This document shows positions 20,601 through 34,549 of a DNA stretch of 64,000 nt, piece after piece (within the stretch, counting starts at the first letter, position 1; each line of letters starts with the position of its first letter). A model generated the notes under the pieces. It did not search any database and was not told the DNA's origin. It was given only the letters and a program-made list of their open reading frames with translations. Source of the stretch: Paraspadella gotoi. Taxonomy: Eukaryota > Animalia > Chaetognatha. A program made the position numbers and the translations under genes. The stretch is from positions 10,515,832 to 10,579,831 of the forward strand of contig CM119264.1 of the NCBI GenBank assembly GCA_051294375.1. Reading direction: 5' to 3'.

Positions 20601-23600
20601 CAGGACTTGCCTAAATTTGTCTTTGACTAAAAAGAAATGAAATAAAATTAAGCCGAATTTTTTTTTTTCAGTCGGCGACAAAATGGAGTTCGACGATCAA
20701 GAGATTATGGCAGAAGTGGCGAGCATCGAGGAACCCTCGAGTCGAGAGCTTCCTTCCCCTCCCTTCCCCATTAAGCAGTCGCATGGCGTCGAAAAATCTA
20801 GTCAATCCCCGTCCCGTGAATCCCCGACCCATCGATCCCCTTCTCCCGTCGCCGCGCCCAAGTCCCGCGATGACGTCTCTCCTTCCAGCGACGGAACAGA
20901 ATCAGGGGGTCGAGCGAAGGAATCCTCCCCTAACGAGTCGCCGTCGCACTACTTGCCACCCGCTCACCTTCTGAGCGCCAACAAGTGAGTCTATTGTAGT
21001 GTCTTGGTGGGCTCATAGGCCATGTCTATACGCTACATACGCTCACTGGAAACGGTATCATGGTAAAAAGTTGACGTGACGGTGACGTGAGGGTGGACTA
21101 ACCTCGCAGGGCTGAAAAGCCTAGTGTCTCTACTGTCGCCTATATATCTGGTAAAGAAAAGGAAGAGAAGTGAAATCTCCGAAGAAAAGGTAAAAGCGCA
21201 ATCTATTGAAAGAGCAAAGAAATGGCAAGCAAAATAATAGAAATGGCAACGCCATGTCTCTTCAATCATATATCTTAAATGTTCTTTTTAATTGATACGA
21301 ACAATGATTGGAATCAATAAGAGAAACACTTAAAAAAAGTTAGGCGAATACAATTATTTTCTTCCGTTTTTTTTTTCAGGGCGAAGTTGGCTCAGATGGA
21401 TTCCCCCAGCTTCCAGCAGCAATTTATGAATCTTCCGCTCAAGAAAGCTAAGGACAATATGAAGCGCATCAGCTTGACCGAGGAGGAACTAAGAAAAATG
21501 AAGGACGTTTCCGTACCTAAGCCTCTCGTCGAACCCGAGGGCGCTTTTCCTGCGGAGAAAGGTCGAAAAAAGGTTAACGCGGACGCAGAGTTGACAATGG
21601 ATTTGAAGGAATCGCCGGCACCCACCGGCGTCTCAATCCCTTTCGTCGACGACGAGAGCGAGAGCGAGTCCGAGTCGATCCTCGACAAATCTCGACGGGA
21701 CGACTCGGCCTCGGAGCAGGGAAGTCCGGCGATGACCCACAACAACAGTCCGCGCAACCGAGTCGCGCCTACATCTCCGCCGAAACGAAGGGCGCCCCCT
21801 CCGCCGACGACCCAGCGTCGAAGGACCCCGGAGGATTCGGCGACGGCGGCAACGACGCCGCAACGTTCGTCCGCATCCACGACGATGGAGACGACGCCTC
21901 CCGCGAAGGAAAATCACGAAGACCTTCGGCTGATGCAGTCGGCCAAACAAGAGCGTCTTCGTCGAGAAGCGCGCGAAAAGGCGAGGATGAAGACTGACGA
22001 CGAGTACGGCATCACGCCCGTTAAGTTCGCCAAGGGTGGCAGGGCGGAGGATAGGCGGGTGGAAAAAAACGATTCCATATATGAAGACCAAGAAACTTCG
22101 GCAAAAGACAGGGACGAACATAAGAATAAGGTAAATATAAGTTTAATTTCCTTCAGCTGAGTTTCTGTCATGGTTGTTCTTTTGTTCGTAAATTAAATTT
22201 CTAAGTGTTAGTATGTGACTTTTTTAATATTATCTAATATTTATTAAATATCTATTCGGTAAAATCTTGATTCTGCACATTCAATCAATAACATTTTATT
22301 AATGCAGAAGATGTCGACCTCCGCCTCTTCTGGCCAACGTCTGCTGGATAAAGAGAAGTCTTCCAAGCGTCGCGAATCGATTCCCTCTTCCGCTAAAGCG
22401 AGAGACTCTGCTGCATCCAAGAAGCTTCCTCGAGAATCGACGCCAGACCGCCATAAGATACCCTCCAAGAGCTCGTCGGCCGGCGGTAGGCCCTCCACGG
22501 CCGCTACAAAGCCTTCTTCGGATGCCCCCGCCAAACGACCAGAAAAGAGCGACCAGCTCGAGCCCGTCCGACGGAAGAAGGACAAAAAAGGAAAAGAGAA
22601 TTCGCCGGCCGACGCGGCGCCGCCGCCGGAGAAGAAACGCATGTCCTTTCTTGAGCTGCTCGGTATCAAAAACTCCCCGCCTAACCAGGAGAAGAAAAAA
22701 GCCAAGAACGAGAAGCCGGCGAAGAAAGAGAAAAAGTCGCTGGCCACCGTCAACAAGTTCACGAATGACATTTCCAACGAAATGAATCGGCTTAATCTGA
22801 ACAAGGATCGTCGCGGACCGAGCGGCAAGGGAGTCGTCATTCCTGGCGCACCGCGGGCGACAATGAGCGACGAGTTCGCCTCCTCGTCTGACGAGTGGGA
22901 CGTTAATTCAAACGGGGGAAGCGTTGACTCCCAGGTTTGTTATTATTATTTTTATTATTATTTTTCTAATAAAAATCTTTGGAATGTCAATTTTTGAAGT
23001 AACGATCTTTTTTCATTAATTTATTACTATAGTAAATCTGCTGGCAAGATTACTATACTTTGCATTTTTATTTACTTATTTTTTTTTTATTATTTATTTA
23101 TTATTATTTTGTTAAGCAATCCGGGAAGGTTACAAAGATGCGTTTACAACTTCACTCATTGCTTACTATATCAATCATAATTTTTTTTCGAACAATGGAC
23201 TCAAGGGAAAAAAGGAAGAAAGAGAAAAAAGTGAGAATGATAAGAGTGTAATTTGTAATTTATATGTAAGTTTATGTAACGAATCACATTTAACATCCTT
23301 TTGTAGTTGAAAATTATTTATGTATATTGCGTTGTCCAAGAGCATAACAATTAAATATGGCGTTGTTAACTTAATGAGAGGAATCGGATATGGAGGTCGT
23401 CGCCATCTGACGTTGACGAGAAAAACTAATTACCCGCTGCAATGAACATATATCATTGTCCGCCTTGTGGCCCGACGACAGGCTTGGGAATTTCACGCGT
23501 TCAATGACAACTTATGAGGGATGGCCTTGAAAAGAATTTAATTTTTTTTCCTTTAGATGAAATGTGTTTGTAGAAAACTTATTATTAAAGTTTTTATTTT

Positions 23601-24620
23601 CAATAGTATTAATATTATTAATCTGATTTTGTAACTGAGTTCAAGATATCAACGTAACCAATACATTTCTTCAACGACCGCTTTCGCTTTCGACTTTAGG
23701 AGCTCTTAGGAGAAGAGTTGGACAAACGGACTTTACGTCGCATTCAGCGCGCCGCGCGGCAGCAGCAGAAGCAACAGGAACAGAAGCGGCTGCGTATCGC
23801 TCAGGAGCTGCAGCGTCACATGGAAGAAGTGGAGGTACGGCGGCCGCGGCGGGCGCGGCGAATAGCTGAAGCTTATCGCCTCGTCTCTCTGTCCTCAGTT
23901 TTACATAAGCTTCGGGAAAATTAATAATGTCGCTTTAAGTTTAAAATCCGTATATCATAAAAAAAAAAAAATCATTTATGGTAAAAAAAAGTATGGAGAT
24001 TGTAAAGAGATTGAAATTTTCTAGTTTTACTAAGTGGATTGACTATTGTGGGATTATTAGTTGGTCATTTGGTTAATTCGACACCAGGTGAAGCAGCGCG
24101 AGTTAGAAGCGCGGGGCGTCGCCGTCGAGATGATCCTCCGCGGCGAGGGAGACGACGGCTCCAAGTCTGAAGCGGAGCTCATGCAAGAATGGTTCAACCT
24201 CGTCTACGAAAAGAACGTCCTCGTCAGGTGCTTCTTTCGACCTTAGTTTTGTTTTTCATGCGATGCAATAACTGAATACTGTTTGAAGCTTCCCCTTCCC
24301 TTACTCTTTTCAGGTACGAGTCGGAACTCATGGTGCGCGCCAAGGAGCTCGAGTTGGAAGATCGTCACGGACGGCTGCAGACCTCCCTTCGGGAGAAGAT
24401 GATCATCGCCGAGGAGGATAAGACGGCCGAAGATCGGAACGAGGAGGAGCGACTCCTTGAGGAGATGCTGGACGTTGTGGAGCAGCGGGATGCCTTGGTC
24501 GCCCTGCTGGAAGAGGACAGAGTCAGGGAGCAGGAGGAGGACAACAATCTCTTTCAGTTGATGAGATCCAAAGGATATCAGTTGTCCCCTTTGAGCTATC
24601 AGTTGGGTGACATCAGCTGA
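14682..24620 (+). CDS. MICAL: MICAL F-actin monooxygenase (MO-CH-LIM-low complexity-bMERB), ~1939 aa, 20 exons
   Basis: Exons 14682-14789, 14858-15325, 15637-15723, 15868-16107, 16647-16828, 17121-17332, 17408-17758, 17848-17968, 18044-18239, 18332-18638, 18960-19093, 19164-19380, 19453-19732, 19868-20511, 20672-20984, 21380-22130, 22308-22934, 23700-23834, 24088-24227, 24314-24620 (5820 nt). FAD motifs [50 protein letters not shown]; CH domain [20 protein letters not shown]; LIM CYFC...[11 protein letters not shown]...YCVQH; b[26 protein letters not shown]. Exon borders in the low-complexity middle are less certain. Confidence 0.93.
15374..15585 (-). mobile_element. tRNA-derived SINE in MICAL intron 2
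   Basis: Minus-strand B-box GGGTTCAATCCC (~15533-15522) with an upstream A-box-like TAGCTGGGCG; 3' part shares hairpins and the GTTGCCATAA end with 18690-18937. Confidence 0.6.
18690..18937 (-). mobile_element. Structured SINE/LINE-tail-like repeat in MICAL intron 10
   Basis: Collinear similarity to 60032-60290 along its length and to the tail of 15374-15585. Strand inferred from the tRNA-headed copy. Confidence 0.6.
20995..21264 (-). mobile_element. Diverged solo-LTR-like relic related to the 30296-33695 LTRs, in MICAL intron 15
   Basis: Collinear shared blocks GTGGGCTC, TGACGTGAC(T)GGTGACGTG, AAGCCTA, AAAAGCG..TCTAT and GCAACG.CA...TCTCT.CA; TG...CA ends; no clean TSD. Confidence 0.6.
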
Positions 24621-26696
24621 GACTAATGATTCGTGTCCCGAAACTGTCGTCTTTCTCGTCGAAACTTTGTTTTTCTTGGTGCTTAAACGGAGAAGGCGTG
24701 TTCCTGCTTTCCCATGGTTTGCGTAATACGTATAATAATATTATTAAATTGAAAGGAGCGCAGTGATTAACAAAATTCCTTGAAGAGGATTGCGAGATGA
24801 ATTCTTTAACTTTTATGCAAAAACAATTCAGTTCTAATTATTAGACTCAATTTTTTTTGTTGTTGTAGGTAACCACTTCCACCTTTCTATCTACGCTTTG
24901 ATTTTAAAAATATTTATTAAGCCTCTTGCCCTTTTCTAAATTTTTTTTTACTAGTTCGTGCTTTCACATGATTACAAACATTACAGACATTTCTATTTTA
25001 TACAATAAGTGTTAAAAAACATGAATTTGGAGCGAGCAAATAACCAAATAAGAATTGAAGTTGTGGCTCGGACCCATAATCGCTTCTTACCCTGAACCTC
25101 TTGAGAGGCACGAGTAAGGAGCATTTAGGAAAAATTTCCCACCGATCAGTTTCGACCCCTAAGCTTAACGACTCCACACTCCCTCACCCTTTCCACTCTC
25201 GAAAAAATCACAAAAAAATTCCCCTCTCGGTAGAGTCGCCGCTCTTTTTAAAGGCTATGAGCACAAAATATTTCTTGATTTATGGTGGAAAATATGAGGG
25301 ATTGATCGTTGTACCACCAAGGGTTAGAAATTGGTTTTTGTAAGTGCTTTTAAGGGAGATTGGGGAAGGAAAATTTGAATTATTATTCAGTTAATCTTAA
25401 TCTCGCTTTAGGGGATTGCTGTAAGAGGATGTTTAACCGATCCGTAAAGTTGGCAGGCTTAAACCTGTGTTACCCTCAGATCTAGAAACGATAATGTTCC
25501 CTCTTGTAGCAGCTCCAGGATGCTACACTCTGATGCCATTTCGTTGTCTATCGCCCAACAGTCACCGGGAAGCAATTACCGCTAAAAAGTATTTCTTTAT
25601 CTTCCCCCTCACGAGATTAGTCATAACGGTGAAAATTATTGACATTTTTATTTACCTATGTAATGTTTAAATTTTTATACCAACGGAAATTACGAGAAGT
25701 TCGTAATGTCGCATCTGAAATAGGGATATTAAGAGCATTACCCCTCAGCCCTCAGAACATCGCTCCCTTTTCTATGAGTTACAAATATTGGGAGGAAGCT
25801 AATTACAATCGCTAGTCTTCTTCATATCTTACCTCTCATTAAGCGCTAACAATGTTTATATACTAATCGCAGCAAAATTCAATTTTCTTGTTTCATTTGT
25901 CCTTATAATTTGGTGAATTTGTCGTAAATTTTTTTTAGTTCCGCTTTTTTGCTCTTTTTGTCAACGAATTCATATTGTTGCTTAAGTTACTTTTTGTTTT
26001 GAATGCACAAAATCTTGAGATCATGCAATAAAACGTTAAATCATCAAGCCATTGATTGTCTTTAGTGAAAGTAGCTTCTTTAGCTAGACAGTAGACTATC
26101 ATTTTTAATGATAATAATAATAACGCTTGAAGATATACACTATAGAAAAATATGAAGTCATAAGCTTCTTTTTTTTCGCATCCCGCATTAATTGGCTTTC
26201 CTAAGTAGCACTTATCACAATGTTGCAAATGATGATTTGATCTGAGTGAATTAAAGACTTTCATTTTATCTTTTGTCAATAGAGGGGTATAATATATATT
26301 ATTTGTCTTACACAGAACATAAAGCAAAGTAACATGATAACATTCAACAGGATTAGATAGGATTTAGCACATTATGACCACAAATATCGATTGAATGATG
26401 TCGGCTAACCGGCATCTCTAATGGGTATGGCAGCAAATGGCATTGCAACGCTCAATTGTCATTGCAGATGTTCAATATTTGAGATTGTAAAAATTTAAAA
26501 TATTATATTTCTATCAATCAGATGATTACTTGAAACAAAGTTAATAAAAATTTAAAAACAAATTCTATTCAATAATTTTGTTGTATTTAAACAATAGATA
26601 TTAAAACAATCCTTGCAATTCAGAAGGAAAAGAATCTTTGAGATGATTCACTGCTATATCACGTGTCTGTTCGCGAGTGACTTTAAAAAAAAAATC

Positions 26697-27085
26697 GGGT
26701 TACCTTTACTTTCGCTGACCGGGATTTTGCGATCGGTTATTTATTTTTCGTTTTTTATGAGTGACGTATAGAAATCTTATTATGAAAAAAAATAATAAAG
26801 GACACTGGTATGGGTAAAAAAATTTATTATAAATTTTATTTCGAAACCTCCTTTAACCCCAATTACATTTAATCCATAACCATAATTACCCCTTATGCCT
26901 AACCAGTAACCACCCTTAACCCAATTGCTAACCGTTTAAAAAACAACATAAAAATAATAATTAGTATGTATTATTTCATAAACTGAGATTAAATGTTAGA
27001 GGGAAAACCCAATTCAATGGAATTACAAACTACCGACTGGTAGTAGTAAAGGTGGGTTACGGTCGTCTAATAGTAAAGTTACCCA
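26697..27085. mobile_element. MITE-like element related to 9-403, opposite orientation
   Basis: Imperfect TIRs GGGTTACCTTTACTTTCGCTGACC and GGTCGTCTAATAGTAAAGTTACCC; internal C-rich TAACC-type repeats. Confidence 0.55.
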
Positions 27086-27461
27086 AAAATTTTATTTTTT
27101 TAAAAAATTTTAAAAATTACTTCCTAATTACCCTAACCCTATTTACCCTATATTATATATAGGTATCGTTTAATATATAAAACTAAATAAATTTATATCT
27201 GGCCATTAATTTTTGATATTACCTGGAGCATTCAAAATCGGGCGTTTGAATTAAACTTGCTTAATTTTTATTATGTACGTAGTATTTTAGAATTCTCGCA
27301 CTGTCCAATATTTCTATTATCTATAGACATAGACGACGTTGTACAGGTCCATAGAAAATCGAGAAGCTACTATTTATCAACAAAGCTGCACATACATGGA
27401 CTTTTGTATACTAACAATATAAAATACAAATAGTTACAAGTCAAGTGGTATTTCTAGTCGT

Positions 27462-30400
27462 TCATCGCAAGAGTCTACGAAAATCGTTTCTAAAATTTCT
27501 GTTGAGGAAGCAGTAAAAAATAGGATTTGTAACGGAGGAAACAAAGTAGGAATAAAAAATTATGACGTTGTAACGTATAAAGTTATGGGCCATGAGGAGG
27601 GCTGGTGTGAACGTTGCTACGAATACCATGGAGATCACGAAAAGTATGAGGGACATTCGCAGGTTCGCCTAGGGAAATTCAATCAATAAAAGCAAACTTT
27701 AATATCTTTATCAGCTTTATTTGCTCAACTAACAAGACGTCTTGTGTTCACCTGTCGGTCCTTGTCCTCCAGGATCTTGATGGTTCGCGTCTTCTGCATC
27801 CTCCTCAGCAGCTTGCTCCCCGCCTCCCGCATGCTAGTGCGGGGTTTCGGTTCTGGATTGGGAAAGTTTTTATCGTAGTATCAATTTTACGCTTCCCTCT
27901 CTCGTCCTTCTTGACTTACCTTTAGTTAATTCCGCTCGTTTTGACGTCGCTAGCGACTGAAAACGAAATATATATAATCACTAAATACTACCGCAATTGT
28001 TTTCATATCGCAAACTCTAAATAACTACAACGGCTTCGGCGTGGCGTTTTACCGTTCCGCGGCTCCCGGACTCGTCTTCGATGAGACACGCGTTGCTGTT
28101 GATGCTGAATTCGTTGCTGTTGGAGAGCGAAGTTTCTTCGATGAGATCGCGGAGTTTTCCGTCGGTGGAGATGCGGGCTCGCGGTTCGGTCATCCCTCCG
28201 TCCACGGAACTCCGAAGCGAACCCTCTACGGAATCTCCTTTGGAGAGGCGGGGCCGTGGATTTCCGTTCGGCATCGTCGTTGCTAGGCTTTCCGAGTTTT
28301 GCTGAACCTCGTCGAAACTGAACCAAATAAACGGAAAAGGGAGGGATATTTCAAGTTTTGAGTATTTTTTATTGTCTTGAGCAATAACTGAATAAGCTGA
28401 ATTTATGAAACTATTTTACCCATAACCTTTGATATTTTCAATGGATATATATACAAATGTTCATCTAAATGCCCTTTCTATTCATGTCCTCATATCAGGA
28501 AAGAGGCCCGAACAACTTTCTAGTAATAGAATCTGGAAAAGCGCTCTTTTGCCGTGGGCACAGGTTGCGGCGCCGAGGCTTCGCTGCGATGGAGCGTCAC
28601 ATATGCTTTTAGTTAAGTGCAGTTCTTGCATTTATATGTACCTAATATCCGCAAGTTGCAGCTTATCCTAAACGTGTGTTGATGAATTTCTTATTTTACT
28701 GATCAATATTATTGAGACCGAAAAACTATTACTGTGCGACTTTATATTTTTTTCTTCCTATCCTATAACGTCTCCGATTGATCCCTAATTGTTGAATTTT
28801 ATTGAATCATCTTTTGATTTTCAGTGCTATTAGTGCAATTTGTCTTGCTCAATGCTCATTTATCGTTTGAATGTCAAATTGTTTCTTTTATCTTTTTATA
28901 TTTTTATCGTTTTAACTGTCAAATTGTTTCTTTTATTTAAAAAAAAAAACAAAAAACTATAACGTTTCCTTCCTCGGCCCTCCCTTTCCCGGCTTTTTCC
29001 TCCTTTCCCGCTTTCAAGCGATGACCCGCGGCGAAACGGGGGCGCGGGGTCCCGAGAGAGGGAGCCCCCGACTGTGTTCCACTCCCGATTCGATAATTGA
29101 GGTCGAGACTAGGAAACGCGCAGCTTTCCACCCTCCCTCACCTCCCGGTGCCGTAAAAAAAGATCCACTCGCGAATATTTACTTCCCGAAAACTTTTATT
29201 ACCCGCTTTTTTATGGTGCTCGTCTTTCTATTTAAATTCAGTTACGTATTTGGATTCCGATTTGTTGATTTTTTATTATTTTTTTTTCTTCCAGCCATCT
29301 TTTCGTATTGGATTTCTATTACCGTGACGGCCTGAGTCTAGGCGTTCTTAGTCGATCCCTTATCCGCCATATTGAGATTTCGACACGGTTTTTACAAACC
29401 TCTTCTCCAAAAATACTTGTCTTGCCAGTCCCTCAAAACTTTCACATAACATGTAACAAGTAAATCATAAAGTCGTCTTCAAAAGATACAGGATTGGTAA
29501 TAGTATCCTATTAGTGAGTATTTACTCATTTATTTGTTGCAAGGGATGCATGCATTACATAATTCCTTTCCGTCGCATTCGTCGTCTTCTTCGCCTCTGA
29601 CGCGCCTTTTGTTTCTTACCGTTAATCTTCACAAATCGCGGAGGTTAACGAATATTTTTGCGCTTTTATTCTTCCGTTTCTCTCAGCGAAATTATCACTG
29701 TTATTCTCTCTCGTTGGCGCTCTCTCGCTTTATTTGCCCTACGTTCCAGTTGTCGCTTTGAAAATGAATTTATCGTTAAATCCGTGGGTCCTAATTCGCT
29801 GGTTTATGACCGAATTAATCAATGCAAGCTGGAAACGAATAAACAAACGAATTCTCGAAAATAACATACTAGAATCTAGATTTGATTTTTGTTTTTTTGA
29901 TTAGATTACTCATTCGGTTTGCAGCCGCGAGCGTCCCCCGTCATCTCCCAAACTCTTCACCATCACCTCCCCCCCACCCTTCTAACCGTCGTGTCTTTCT
30001 CCCCCCGCAACACCACCGAGTCCACCTGCATACTATTTCTCTTCCCCATAGAGCGACGATTCATTCCTTTCTCTGTCATCCATTGTTTTGTAGCACATTT
30101 TAACGTCGGTGTAAGATGAATTTATTAATTAATTTAGAGCCTAAGAGGCGCCACGTCTGTATGTGTGTGTTAGAGAGAGAGAGAAAGAGGGAGGGAGGGT
30201 GAGAGAGAATGAATTTATTAAAAGGAAGTCCGAGTTTCTGTCCTCTAGTTCATTTGTCTCTGGCCAACTATTCCATTCGACCTCAAGGTGACATATGTCA
30301 GAGAGTTTGCCCGCTCTGCCGGGAGTCCCTGCCGTCTTCCGCCCCGTCGCGCCAATACTTGGAGTAGCAGGAAGCTGACGTCCGTCCACAGCGTCGTCCA

Positions 30401-32036
30401 CTTCGTAAGACCGCAAGTCCGAAAGGCCTGTGGCCCAGTTCATAGCCACGCAAGTCCAGTCTTGTGGCTTCGTTGTGGGCTCTTATCCCTCTGACTAAAG
30501 TATCTGGAAAATGGTGACGTAGGTGACGTGACTGGTGACGTGGCTACTTGCTGACTACCGTCGTAAAAAGGCCGTTTGTGGACGGGTAGGAAGCCTATGG
30601 TCTACATATTTGGCCTACTAGTGTTTGAACTGAAAGAGAAAAGTAGAGGGAAAGTAAGCAAAAAGCGAACTCTATCAGAGCTATGAAGAAACTATAAAAA
30701 GCAAAAGAGCAACGACAATATCTCTACACCCCCACCTTTTCAGCACTCCACTGAGTGATGAAAATATCACCATAGACACTCAGCACTGAGAAAGGGGGAA
30801 CATGTCGATAAGATCTAAGGAGAAAAAAACAGAATCAGGGAAGAAGAAAAGGAGAAAAAGCAAATAAAGCAGAATTTAAAAGCAGGGAAGAAATTTTAAT
30901 TTTAGTCTTATTCTTACTGGTTATGCCCGACCACAAACGTGAATTTATTTTTACAGTTATGTGAATGATCATTATCAAGAAAACTTTCGTGAAAAAATGA
31001 TTGTGCACTTTGAAACAATTCAATTTCTATCGATTGCGATTTTAGCAATAAAACATTAGCACAAACGTCCAACCATGTCAATTAATCTCATAGAAAAAGA
31101 TTACTGAGCTTTACTATCACGTAAACTTTATACCAATGGAATGTGTGAGAGCCTACATTATTAAATGTCAAAGTTATATCTCAGAAGTAATAATTTCGCA
31201 CAATAATTTTGTGTATAAAACGTTTATAAACGTGACCTACTATTAAGATGTCGTAACGATAGACTACAAACTAACACTTAAATAAAAGCAGAAAAAAAAA
31301 ACGCGACGAAGACTACAAAAGTAACGACGTATCGAAGACATAACGACGCATCAACCGAATTCATAAATTTTGTAGTTTAAACAGCATATCAATTAAACGT
31401 TTTTTTATAACAAGGTCATATCTAGAACGTCAAAGTATCATCGAATTTCAAGAATGGCTCTTTGAGAGTAGAAAGAAAACAAACCTTTCCGAACGCAGAA
31501 AGTATATACATTACACAGGGTTTGGCCCGCCACTAACGGCGGGTTAGAGACGTGATTAAATCGGACATTTAATTAATGATAAATTCACATTATAAAAAGG
31601 CCTGTGAAACGACTTTAATGTAAATCTAGTTGATCTTATAATGTATAATCATTTACTTCGTTTTCAGCAAATTTTTTCTGGGGCTAAATGTTAAGCACTT
31701 ACAAATTAACCTGGCGTTGGTATCAATAAGTTCGTTCAGGAAAAAATAAATTGTATCATTCAATAATAACGTCGTCAACCTAAAATTATCTCTTACTTGA
31801 AATTAAAATTAAAACGTCAGACACGTAACACGAATTTCAAATTAAAAACATGTTTAAAATCATTTTCATAAAAGCATGTAACTTCGATCAATGTGATTTC
31901 TTTAAAGTATAGAATCAATAAAGGCAAAAATTAAAAAAAAAAAATAAAAATTCAAAAGTGAAACAAATTGTGAAATCAAGGACGGGTTTAAACTAAATAA
32001 GTACAATCTTTTCTTAAGTCAATGTCCGTCTTGTCT

Positions 32037-32091
<55 letters not shown>

Positions 32092-34491
32092 AGGTACTCT
32101 CCCGGCCCCCACCGTTTGTCCCCGCGGGCGTTGCACCAGCTAGCGCCCCTCCACGCGCGACCGAGGACCTCTCAAGACGTCACGCTCGTTGCCACGAGCA
32201 GAGCATACGCTGGCTCCGCCTCCTAGGCAATCGAGGACATCCAAAGAAGTCGCGCTCGTCGCCGCAAAGGGCGCGCCTGCCGATGCCTCCCGGCCTCAGA
32301 CAAGATCAACGGGATTCAGGGAGTTCCTTCCGAAAGGCCTCAGCAGCGCGGGCAGCATAAACGCTAACGCCGCCGCAGCCACCGCCGAGGGTCGTCGAAA
32401 TCTAATCTACACTTCACGATCTTTTCCGCGACAAAGTCTACTCTTGTAATCGTCGTCATAGTCGTCAAAATAATACTAATTATTCAACACTAAAACGTAA
32501 ACATTTACTCTTGATTTGACAATTCGAATTCACATCCCGCTTCTAAAACGTAACGCAAATAGAGCTCAAAACATATAGAGGTAAAATGAATAAAATAATT
32601 CTATCAAAGAAAAATATTACAACGAGAAGACTAACAGCTTTAATCCTAATACAGGAAGCGCAAAACATTCAAATAATATTTTGTGAGTCTTTAATGATTC
32701 TATGTTTAAACCAACTTAGTAAACAAGACAAATTCAAGTGAAACCGAATTAAAAAACTTGGCACAAACTTAAACTAGACTCAATTGTAAATAAAGTTCAA
32801 TACAGACGTAAATTAAACAAACGGCGTTATTAATGGAATAAATCATAAATTGACAAGATCACCGTAAATAAAGGAGTCCGTGATGTCGAGTCTTTGAAAT
32901 TCGCCGACGCGCGAATCGATTCCCCCACCACTGATCGCCGCGGGCGGAGCTCTGGCCCTCTGGCCGCAATAGGTAAAATCCCATAGCAGCGTTGCTAAAG
33001 GCGAAACAAACGCTGAGGCTTGGCTCGGAAATAACCAACGAAATCCCGTAAAACGAAGTCATTTTCGCAGATGAAGGTCGCCCAAACTATTGACGGCCGC
33101 GATCGGACGTCGGGAACATTGGCTTTGCTTCTAGAACCAGTCGCGGTGGGCGCAGCGTTCAAGGACGCCGCCGCCGCCGCTTTCGAGATAATCGTCGCGT
33201 TGCAATCTTCCACACGTTTGATGAGACCCAGAGAACGGAGGGACGTGAAAGGGCCTTTTTACTGTCAGAGAGTTTGCCCGCTCTGCCGGGAGTCCCTCCG
33301 TCTTCCGCCCCGTCGCGCCAATACTTGGAGTAGCAGGAAGCTGACGTCCGTCCACAGCGTCGTCCACTTCGTAAGACCGCAAGTCCGAAAGGCCTGTGGC
33401 CCAGTTCATAGCCACCGCAAGTCCAGTCTTGTGGCTTCGTTGTGGGCTCTTATCCCTCTGACTAAAGTATCTGGAAAATGGTGACGTAGGTGACGTGACT
33501 GGTGACGTGGCTACTTGCTGACTACCGTCGTAAAAAGGCCGTTTGTGGACGGGTAGGAAGCCTATGGTCTACATATTTGGCCTACTAGTGTTTGAACTGG
33601 AAGAGAAAAGTAGAGGGAAAGTAAGCAAAAAGCGAACTCTATCAGAGCTATGAAGAAACTATAAAAAGCAAAAGAGCAACGACAATATCTCTACAACATA
33701 TGGCGTCGTTCGTTTTGAGACGCTGTCTTCGTCCTAATCCTATAGACTCACGACCTTCATTTCTTAAATTCTCGTCTCTAATTTTCCGCCGTATTATGCT
33801 AACGGTTCTTGACACATCGTCTTTCAGTGCTGTGAGAAGCCATCACTCTTACAGGGAACTTTTTTTTTGGGGGGGGGAGGGGGGCGGTTTAGCGAAGTCA
33901 AGAGTCTCTCGGTGAACCGCGTCATCGCAAATGGAGCCGCGACTCGAGACGAGATCGGCCACCGGCTCACCGGCCACCCCGACTGACCCTGTTCACTCTC
34001 CCAAAAAAAGAAGACCTTGAGATGAGCCGAACGAAATAGGGTCCCGAAACCAATTTCCGGGAGACGATGAGCCTACAGAGTAAACCGTCTCCTTGCGGAA
34101 TCGTGAACGTTGACAATCATCGGGTTTGTCTCATCGGGGTTTTTTTTTCTCATTTTACCAAATACCAGTTGTACGTTATTAAGTGACGTAATGAGATTAT
34201 AATTTATATTTAAAATACGAATTGTGGTGGTCAATTGTTTATGTACGACGTTTCTTTTAAACTTATTTTCTAGGTCATTTTGACATTGATTGCGTTACAG
34301 GATACGAAACGTTTCATCCCAAACGACTTAGGGAGTTCTTAACTGTTGACGACAGGCGATTCGTGAAACTGGGTGAAAATTGGCGAAGGTAAATCACTCT
34401 AAATGAATCACAACATTCGAGGTGAAACGAGAGCCTCATGTCTGTTTTGCGAGAGAGAGAGAGAGAGAGGAGAGAAAGAGAGAGAGAGAGT

Positions 34492-34549
<58 letters not shown>

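Noticed and set aside
32859-33213. Short ORFs inside the LTR element as gag remnants or extra GPCR exons
   Set aside because: No gag/pol motifs were recognised, and the GPCR model is complete and in phase without them.
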